A stretch of DNA of 64,000 bases from Octopus bimaculoides (taxonomy: Eukaryota). Made by a program: the position numbers and the translations under genes. The notes under the pieces are model-generated. The model ran no database searches. It saw only the letters and a list, made by a program, of their open reading frames with translations, and was not told where the DNA came from. This document shows, piece after piece, positions 54,876-64,000 of this stretch. The stretch is taken from the NCBI RefSeq assembly GCF_001194135.2, contig NC_068984.1:51572831-51636830 (forward strand). Reading direction: 5' to 3'. Each line of letters begins with the position of its first letter. The first letter of the stretch is position 1.

Positions 54876-55295
54876 AGCAAACACTTAATTTCTCGATCTG
54901 CCGATGAAAGTGAAAAGATCCGTATATTTATTATGTTAATTATCTTACCTCAGTACCCACTCTCCGTCTCTAATGCCTAACGCCCTCTTCACCATGCCCA
55001 GCGACACCTTGTGGGCGGTACTACCCACGTTGAGAACTTCTGCTTTGTAGCAATATTAAACCGATCCCCAGTATTTCACTGGTCTATTATTTTATTGACC
55101 CCTGGAAGCACAGTTAAACCCGTCTGTATTTGAAGATATAAATACTACAACACACTTCCATTATAATAAATACATGACCAATTATTGCGAAACATTTTGG
55201 CTCGGTGCTCTACAAATTCTGCCACTCCACTACCTTAATAAATATAATTATGACTGTATTTCTTACTTTACTCGATTATATCAAACCATCAATTG

Positions 55296-55361
55296 ACTGC
55301 TACTTGATAGTCTTTGAACTGCTACTTGATAGTCTTTGAACTGCTACTTGATAGTCTATGA
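55296..55361. repeat. 22-bp tandem repeat x3
   Basis: ACTGCTACTTGATAGTCTTTGA, one mismatch in copy 3. Confidence 0.93.
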
Positions 55362-56534
55362 ACATAACTAAATAATATAAGACATTTTTATCCGCTGTTC
55401 AACTGACTTTGCCATCTATTACTCATAACTTTTACAATGTAGACTGGATTTCAACATTGGCACAAGGCTGCAAATTTGTGAGGAGAGAGGGGGAGGGAGA
55501 GCAGTCGATTAATTCAACCCAGTACTTACTTGAGTGAAACTTATCGACGTCGATAAGATTAAAGACAACCACCACCACGGATGAATTTGAACTCAGAACA
55601 ATGAGTGTAATTAAATGCACAAGGCATTTCTTTGGCACTTTCATAATGATTATTTTTTAAATCCTCACTTAAGCATGTTTTGATAGGAAAGATATAATTG
55701 ACTAAAGCATTTGACTATTTACTTTATTTAATCGACCCCCAAGAAAATGAAGAACAAAGTCGAATCCGGCAGGACTTGCAATCAGAACGCAAAATGATGT
55801 AAATATATTCCGCAAGGTTGTTACCCACAAGTGTGACGATAACAATAATGACTTGATTATATCAATTACTATATTATAAACACTTCTTCACATAATGAAT
55901 TTTGCATTAAGTTAAACACGCACTGTTAATATGTATTTTATTCAATTATTGAATGACTTAAATACTTAATTATATATACAATCACATAGGTTTCACATCG
56001 ATTTCTTGTCACAAGTGTGTACAGAAGGTGAGGAGTAGCCTTTGTAGGAAATTACACTGTTGTAGAGATCCTGTTGAAATACGCTTTCTCCAACCATTTA
56101 AATCCAAGTCAACGTGGAAGCCTCTATTTCATCACTTGACTTTTAAAATAACGGCTAAATTTCCTTTAAATCAAACACTATGAGGAAATGGTTGGGTGTT
56201 ATTTGTGGGAGGCACACTATTTTTATAAATAAATGTGATGGGATTATCACAGTTTGAATTCAGTTGATCATGGTTCTGCTTAACCAGCACTGGCTTTATG
56301 CTTCTAGAATTAACAAGTAAATCTTCATCAAATCAAGGACAAAATGCAAAGCGGAAACAAGAAACAGTGTAACAGAGATCATCAACAACAACAACAACAA
56401 TTGCAACTGCTACAACAACGACAATAGCAACAACAGCAGCAACAACAATAATTTATTGAGTTTGGTACGATGAAGGACCAGTGCCTGATACAATGGAAGA
56501 TTAAGCTATATAAATGCTAACTGGCTCGCTGAAT

Positions 56535-56603
<69 letters not shown>

Positions 56604-58170
56604 ATACTTTGTGACAAGGCTTACATTAAAAGGTATCAAGTTCTCTAATCATGAGTTGTGTGTTCAAATCTCCTACGAACATTATACTTTGTTTCTGAGC
56701 AACACATTTAAATCTATAAAACCTGTGTTACTCTAGTTATCAGGAATAGACACCAGATCATTTCCGAATGTTGTCTGTGATATTATGGTGCTTTAACCAG
56801 TGACCCGGTAAGAATATCCTAAAGGTTGGTGCTTATATCTTGTTTTCCGTAATTTTTCATATTACTGTTACTGTTTACATCATTGAATTATACCCAACAG
56901 TAAAAATGACCTATGACTAGTGCAGAGTGAATTTTAAATTGTTCAGAATTAAGTGGCCACTTATGGATTGGGTGCAATACCGTAGTCGAGACAAACTACT
57001 GATCGCTCGTTTGATTTTCTCTCACTCATCTATTATTTTTCTGAACCTCTCTCCCTCTCTCTCTCTCACTCTCTCTCTCTCTCTCTCACACTCTCTATCT
57101 CTCTCTCACTCTCTCTCTCTCTCTCTCTCTCTCCACATATATATTTTATATGTATATATAAATACAAATTCATACGTATGTGTGTGTGTATATATATAAA
57201 TATATATTCATTTGAAAGATATTTTCTTTAATTATAAATTGATGATTATGCAAAAGGGTCTCATAAAAAAGCAGATTAGAACAAAGCTGATAGAATGAAA
57301 TATTTTGTGTAAGCACTTTTCACTGTATTTAGTTTTTCAAGCACAGGTATTCTAAGTTAATCTGTATAGTAGTAATTGTTTTCAATAGCGATTTAGTTTC
57401 GGTTTTAGAATCTTTATAAAACTTCTTCTTTTTTTTTATTTTAGTGCTTTATAAAACTTTTCTTTTTTTTTAGTGCATCTTTTGAGGGGAGAACTTTTGT
57501 AATTGATCGATTTTTCCTTTACTTTGAAAAATGGGTATATTTTTAATTTTTGTTTTGCACAAATGTTAAGTTGTTCACTACATGGAACGCTCCTAATAGA
57601 TGCAGCGTTGTTTTGTTGTTTATGTACCCTGACACAGTCCATTAATTGGTTTCCTATTTGATTGATATAGTTCTTACTGCATTGTGTTCAAGTGATGCCG
57701 TAAAAGAGATTTTTTTCTTTCACAATTCATATTTGCATTAACTCGAATTTCCTTCCATTCTTGAAGTTTTTTTTGGGGGGGGGTGAAGCACTTGGTGGAG
57801 GTGCATTAATAATTCTGCCACCTCCAATAACAAGTGCAGGCAATATTCAAGTATTTTGATGGCTTTTCCCCCTTATTAGCTTTTATTCAATCAACTGAAA
57901 CAAGTAGAATAGTGTAATTCAAGTATAATAGCAGCCAAATCTTCTTCAAATCAAACTCTACCATCATTTAGAAAATGTGTTACTGAGCACTAGCGAAAAA
58001 TTGTTACAAACACAGATACGCACAGCGTAATTTATTATATAAACAATATAAATGTATAAATTACCATTTTTATGTAATTTTGTCTGCTTCAAATGAAAAC
58101 AAACCAAAAAACCGGATGAAATATGTCAACAACGGATTAATACCATATACACCGCCACAGCAGTAACTGT

Positions 58171-58369
58171 ATTCAGCTGAATAGACGTCAGTGATTGGTT
58201 GAAATTACAGAAATACGACAACTTTAACATGAAATAACTTGCGATGTACAGTTTTTTGTTAAGAAGGCTAAGAGAAAAAGTTGTTTTATATGACACATTC
58301 TACCAGTGTCCCTAGTTTGAAAGTGTTTCGTTAAGAAAACAAGTGTTGCCCGTCAAACCAAAAAGATCC
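58171..58369. mobile_element. partial sibling of the foldback element, retaining the AAAAAGATCC terminus
   Basis: Matches ~53740-53935. Confidence 0.8.
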
Positions 58370-58473
58370 GAAAAAGGAAATTGGAAAAATCCTGAACAAA
58401 ACAAAATTCTAACTTAACAAAAAATATAAAAAGAGAAAGTTGCCTTTATTTCTCCCACGCGACACTTATTATT

Positions 58474-58512
<39 letters not shown>

Positions 58513-59324
58513 TTCATATATATATATATGCATGTCTGTGTGTGTGTGTCTTTTAGTTTTTATTTACTTATACACATCAACAAATGAGCCACTTGAACAG
58601 CTCTGTGTGGTTGTTCAATTTGCTAGAAATAACACCCAAATCTCTCTCATGCTATGCTCTTGTTACTATGAAGGAAAGGAGAAAAAATAGAATTAATATT
58701 TTTGATTTTGTTCGGCTCTATGTATTTATTATTTTTTTTTCAATGCTTTCGTCCATTACTTGATACAAGAAAAATGAAATTGGAAAAAATCCTGACCAAA
58801 ACAGAGAAACTGTAACTTAACAAAAACATAGAAAGAGAAAGGAAAGGTTGTAGTCCAAAGCCAAAAGATGTTATTTAGTTGAGGAATAATTTTATTGAGT
58901 ATGGCCGAATTCAAATGGGTAGAAGACCTAAAACAAATGTATGTGTGTGTGGTTGGGCCTTTAATAGCCAGGGGTCAATTTCAGTTCAATCGTAAAAAGA
59001 AATTCAAAGGAATTCAGCCACTCCCTCTCCCTCTTTCTTTCTCACTTCCTCTCTCCCTTCATCGACACGTGTCAAATTTAAGTATCCTAATTTTCCCATT
59101 AAGAGTGTTGCTGCTTCGGTGGCTCAGTAGGCATAGGTGTTGAGAAGTAGTAACACAACACGTAGGTGGTAGCTTCAAATCTCTCCCAGAAGTTACGAAT
59201 TTTTATTTAAGCAATAAAATTTCTTTCAACAATTTTTTTCTCTTAAGCGTGACACACGCGTCAGGTACGTACAAAAAACAAATTTGTGTATTAATATTAA
59301 TATATTATTGATGAAGGTAATAAG

Positions 59325-59790
59325 AAAGTGGTGGAGTCGGAGGCTAGCAAAATCCTCTGGGATTTCCCAATCCAAACAGATCAGATGCTAGAGCTTAACA
59401 GACTGGACAAGGTGCACAACATATGCTATATAGTTGATGTTGCATGTCCCTTTGACCCACGAATAGTCAAGAAGGAAGGCGAAAAGATAGATAGATAGAT
59501 AGATAGATAGCTAGATAGATAGATACAACCCTCTTAAGTACGAAATAGCCCGGTTATGGAAAATGAAGAAGGTAAAGATAGTGCTAATTATTGTTGGGTC
59601 CTTGGAAACAGCATCAGAAGGCATCAAGAGGAATATAAAGAAAATTGGGATAGAGTGTCCTCCTTGGTATGGCCACAATAATCAGGAAAGTATTAGATAG
59701 CTGAAAAGAACGAATAGCGTGGTACCGTAGGCCGCATGCAAGACTCCAGGAGTTCCAACAAAACCTGTGATAAAGAAAAAATAATAATAA
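59325..59790 (+). mobile_element. RLE-type (R4/Dong-like) LINE 3' fragment with (TAA)n tail
   Basis: KILWDFPIQTD..IVDVACPFD..KYEIARLWKM..IIVGSL. Confidence 0.75.
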
Positions 59791-59794
59791 AAAT

Positions 59795-61483
59795 TCTACA
59801 TGGCAAATATGTGGCCCGTAGCAAACAAGCTGATGTAAACCAGATGCACACCCATTAGTGGCTACGGAGCTCGGGGCTAAAGGCAGAGAGTGAATGCTTT
59901 ATCTTGGCTGCTCAAGATCATAGTTTATTGACCCGGTACTATCAAGCCAATGTGATAAAAAGTGCCGATACTGCAACGACAGGATTGAAACAGTGGACCA
60001 CCTAATCTTTGGGTGTAAGGTTTAGCACCTGTAGAGTATAAAACAAGACATGACAGAGCTGGCCGATATCCACATTGGATAATGTGTCGGTGTAGTAAAA
60101 ATCTTTGTAGTAGATATGTTTTGAAATCAACTGGAGTTGTTCCGTGGAAAATTTTCTTTTGGAGCTAAAATAAAAGTTTAGACGAAGTCAATTTGAAAAG
60201 ATTCTTTTCATTGACTTAATAAGTTATTAGCCGAAGCCGTCCGAGTTTTCGACCAAAAATTGTTCTAAAATTTAGTTTCTGGACGCTTCTAGAAATATCT
60301 AAAGTAACTTGTAAAAAACCCAGGATTTCCGATAGTTCTCAGTGACTTTTAGGCTGCCGCAGGAAGTTTTGTCACTCAATATACTGCATGTCTTGTAGTG
60401 TTGAATTATTGTCACACTCATGAAATAAACATTGCATTGTCTATTTTTCTTCATCATGACCTTAAGTCATTTACCTAAATTCTTTCAAGAGTAGTCTGAA
60501 GAATTAGTTAATCGATTCAATACTTGTCCTTTTTCTCAACAAGTGAACTCTTGGAAGAAAAATATTAGTAAAAAGCCTTTTATCACGTCTTCTTAAAAAC
60601 AAGTACACTAAGGGAGAGCACTCCTGTTTTATTTATAATACGATTTAAACGATTGAATTTAGATTTCATAAAAATAATATTGAATAAGACCTTGCGAGTC
60701 AGATTTACATAATTTCTTGATTATTTGTTAGAAAACAATCTACGAGTTACTCACAAATAACCTTAACCTTAAAAAGAAATAAACGAAGAACCACCCAACA
60801 TTATAAAATCAAACCTACTGACAAATAGTACAAACACGTCCCTGTGGTTTTAGCTGGGGGAGAAAGTATAACGATTCTTTGGGACTTCCCAGCATGTACA
60901 GACCGGACCATCAAAGCAAATAAATCAGATATTGTTATGTAAAACTAAAACAATAAGGTCTGTTTATTGATTGACATGAGCATACCCTGTGACTATAATA
61001 TCTCGGCAAAAGAATTTGATGAGCTCAGAAAATATAAAGATCTGCTAATTGAAATCGAAAAGTTGTGGTATGTCAAGACGATTTCAATACCAATGACTGT
61101 AAGAGCACTTGGAATGATCAAAAATGGAACTGAAAATTATTTAAGAATGATCCCTGGCTTATCATCCATGCAGGAAATGCAGAAGATTGTCTTAACTGGT
61201 ACGTCACACGTACTAAGAAGAGCATTGTCGCTGTGAATTTTCTCCCCCCCCCCCCACCACCACCTTTATTTTGTTTACTTTTTTAGTTTTTATTTTTTCC
61301 TTTTCTTTCTGTCTTTCTTCCCCCTTTTTCTCTATCACATGACTTTGTAAATGAACAATCTGGTGTTTTATTTTAATGGCCTGCAAATGTATACAGCGAG
61401 TTTCTCGGCCCTAGGTGTCAGGAAGACACTCGGCAAGAAATGGAAACAACAAAGAAGATAATAATAATAATAATAATAATAAT
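59795..61483 (+). mobile_element. second RLE-type LINE 3' fragment, split by ~700-bp insertion, with (TAA)n tail
   Basis: HGKYV..WLRSSGLKAESECFILAAQD; CRYC..ETVDHL..C zinc knuckle; ILWDF; DMSIP..KYKDLLIEIEKLW..ALG..LQ/MQKIVL. Confidence 0.8.
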
Positions 61484-62256
61484 NNNNNNNNNNNNNNNNN
61501 NNNNNNNNNNNNNNNNNNNNNNNNNNNNNNNNNNNNNNNNNNNNNNNNNNNNNNNNNNNNNNNNNNNNNNNNNNNNNNNNNNNNNNNNNNNNNNNNNNNN
61601 NNNNNNNNNNNNNNNNNNNNNNNNNNNNNNNNNNNNNNNNNNNNNNNNNNNNNNNNNNNNNNNNNNNNNNNNNNNNNNNNNNNNNNNNNNNNNNNNNNNN
61701 NNNNNNNNNNNNNNNNNNNNNNNNNNNNNNNNNNNNNNNNNNNNNNNNNNNNNNNNNNNNNNNNNNNNNNNNNNNNNNNNNNNNNNNNNNNNNNNNNNNN
61801 NNNNNNNNNNNNNNNNNNNNNNNNNNNNNNNNNNNNNNNNNNNNNNNNNNNNNNNNNNNNNNNNNNNNNNNNNNNNNNNNNNNNNNNNNNNNNNNNNNNN
61901 NNNNNNNNNNNNNNNNNNNNNNNNNNNNNNNNNNNNNNNNNNNNNNNNNNNNNNNNNNNNNNNNNNNNNNNNNNNNNNNNNNNNNNNNNNNNNNNNNNNN
62001 NNNNNNNNNNNNNNNNNNNNNNNNNNNNNNNNNNNNNNNNNNNNNNNNNNNNNNNNNNNNNNNNNNNNNNNNNNNNNNNNNNNNNNNNNNNNNNNNNNNN
62101 NNNNNNNNNNNNNNNNNNNNNNNNNNNNNNNNNNNNNNNNNNNNNNNNNNNNNNNNNNNNNNNNNNNNNNNNNNNNNNNNNNNNNNNNNNNNNNNNNNNN
62201 NNNNNNNNNNNNNNNNNNNNNNNNNNNNNNNNNNNNNNNNNNNNNNNNNNNNNNNN

Positions 62257-62545
62257 ATTTACAGTGGAATTCAGTTCACGCTTGGAGGGAATTCGGTAGC
62301 TCGTCGCCCTCGGTTACTGAGACGCCTCCTGAATGATTTCCGTGGTTATTTGTGAAGCTCTGGTGCTGACATGTGAGAGAGCTCTGTTGGACGTCTTGGC
62401 TCGACGGAGATCAGTCAACGAAGAGACTGAGAAAAGGCGCCAAAGCTGGGTGTCGAACTCTACGCATGCGCATGAGACTCTTCCTGTATTCCTTCCGGAA
62501 CTAGTCCCTGCGCATGCGTGGATAAAACTCCGGACATTGAACATA
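62257..62545. promoter_or_regulatory. CpG-rich promoter-like patch with NRF1-type and ETS-type motifs
   Basis: CGCATGCGCA 62463-72, TGCGCATGCG 62509-18, TTCCGGAA 62493-500; locally GC/CpG-rich against an AT-rich background. Confidence 0.55.
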
Positions 62546-63906
62546 TAACAGTCGTCTGCTATAAAATGTCACTACAATATTTTTCTTATTTACGAAAGGT
62601 CATTTCCAGAATTATTTTTGAAGTTCTAAATAGATTGGATCAGTGATACTGAAGCTGGTTTTTCCCCCCTTTAGCACAAGACTCTACTTTGTAAAGACGG
62701 GCAGGGGCGATTAAATCAACCGTAGTATATAACTGTCATTCATTTGATCGACCTCAGGAAAACAAAATATTAAGTCGGATCCACTTTTATTTCTAACTTC
62801 GAAATCCACAAACTCACCCCCACCCCCGCTGTTAATTATAATAAGGACATCGGAACAAAAGAATTGTTGCGTTTCGAATAACTGACAAGCGATATTTGTC
62901 CGAGCGATTTACGTTCTAAGTTCGAACTCCACTGAATTCAATTTTACCTTTCATCTTTTCAGGTTCTACAAAATGAAATACCAGTGAAGTACTGAAGTCG
63001 ATTTAATTGATAAACCCCTTCTCCCAAATTTGTGGCTTTGTACTTATGCCAGAAAGTATTTATTTTAGTGATTTCTTATACAGACACAAGACCTCGATTT
63101 AACTTTAGATAAATGGTCATTCGAATCATTTCCAGTATTTGACTGGTACGCATATTATGAAGCTGCACAAGAATAAAAGACAAAGTTGACCTGGACTGTA
63201 TTTGAACTCAGAGCTTAAAAGAAAATAACTCACGAGTTCAAGTATTGTTAGTGCTTGTTTTAAACCGTCGCTCCAACAATCCTACTATCTTTCAGTCACT
63301 TAATGATTTCAAGGCCATGCATTTTAGAGTAAGTCACAGTTAATTAGATCGAACTCGACTTTTGACTGTATAGCATTTACTTCGAGTCTCTATTGCACCT
63401 AGCAATCTAGAGCCGTCATTACTCTATCAATGAATAACAATTTCTAAACTCGGCACAATATCGCCAAATATTAAGGGCGTTTTCCATTATATCAGACTGA
63501 GTATTTCACAAGTACTTATTTTCCAACCGGATTTGAACGCTAAATACAAAAGGATTTAATTGAAGAGTTAAGAAAGTTTATCTGCCGTTCTATTAATTCT
63601 ACCATTTGTCTTCTTTAATAATTATGATAGTAGTTTAGATACAAGGGCAGCGAGTTCGAAGAGGGGAAATTAATCGGTTACATTGATCCCAGTGTGTGAC
63701 TGATACTTTATTTTATCGACACCGGAAGGATAAAAGGTAGTGGCCACCTCCGCGGAATTTGAATAATTATAAACCTAATTGTCACTGACTAACCCCTACC
63801 GCTCAATAATTTTGAGAGGTAAAGATTAGTTGATACCAACTGTGGTGTTATGGGCTGTGATGAGCTGTGTGTTGTGGTGGAGAGAGGTGAGGCAAACAGA
63901 AGTGAA

Positions 63907-64000
63907 GCCAGACCGGAAGGGCCAGACCGGAAGGGCCAGACCGGAAGGGCCAGACCGGAAGGGCCAGACCGGAAGGGCCAGACCGGAAGGACCAGACCGG
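63907..64000. repeat. 14-bp GC-rich minisatellite, >=6.7 copies, runs off the window
   Basis: GCCAGACCGGAAGG tandem. Confidence 0.95.

Noticed and set aside
55296-55361. CRISPR-like or regulatory array (also the 14-mer at 63907)
   Set aside because: Contiguous tandem units with no spacers, in a eukaryotic context
58370-58842. Diverged ~70-bp direct repeat 400 bp apart
   Set aside because: A-rich and low complexity; no termini or TSD to support a mechanism

Overview
AT-rich, microsatellite- and SINE-dense metazoan scaffold with 14 N-gaps. The repeat landscape looks cephalopod/Octopus-like; this is an inference, not a database result. No prokaryotic features, CRISPR arrays, rRNA or intact tRNA genes were seen. 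One long spliced gene fills the minus strand from 41824 to beyond the left edge. It is an NWD1-type STAND NTPase: N-terminal MGCSAS acylation motif, ~190-aa low-complexity linker, DUF4062/TIR-like domain, NACHT, helical/winged-helix region and WD40 propellers. I reconstructed 24 coding exons (>=4844 nt, ~1615 aa, no stop in window) with GT-AG boundaries. Phases join at every junction except the gap-hidden entry to exon 8 and the exon 22-23 junction across a second gap. Introns and the upstream 22 kb hold tRNA-derived SINEs (three with intact TSDs), Helitrons, Tc1/mariner elements and MITEs, and remnants of RLE-type (R4/Dong-like), CR1/L2-like, Tx1-like, Penelope-like and Gypsy retroelements. 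Notable unexplained structures: (i) a 586-bp foldback element with an 8-bp TSD and a central divergent telomere-repeat palindrome, (ii) a circularly permuted inverted 110-bp duplication, (iii) an NRF1/ETS-motif CpG-rich promoter-like patch near 62.3-62.5 kb.
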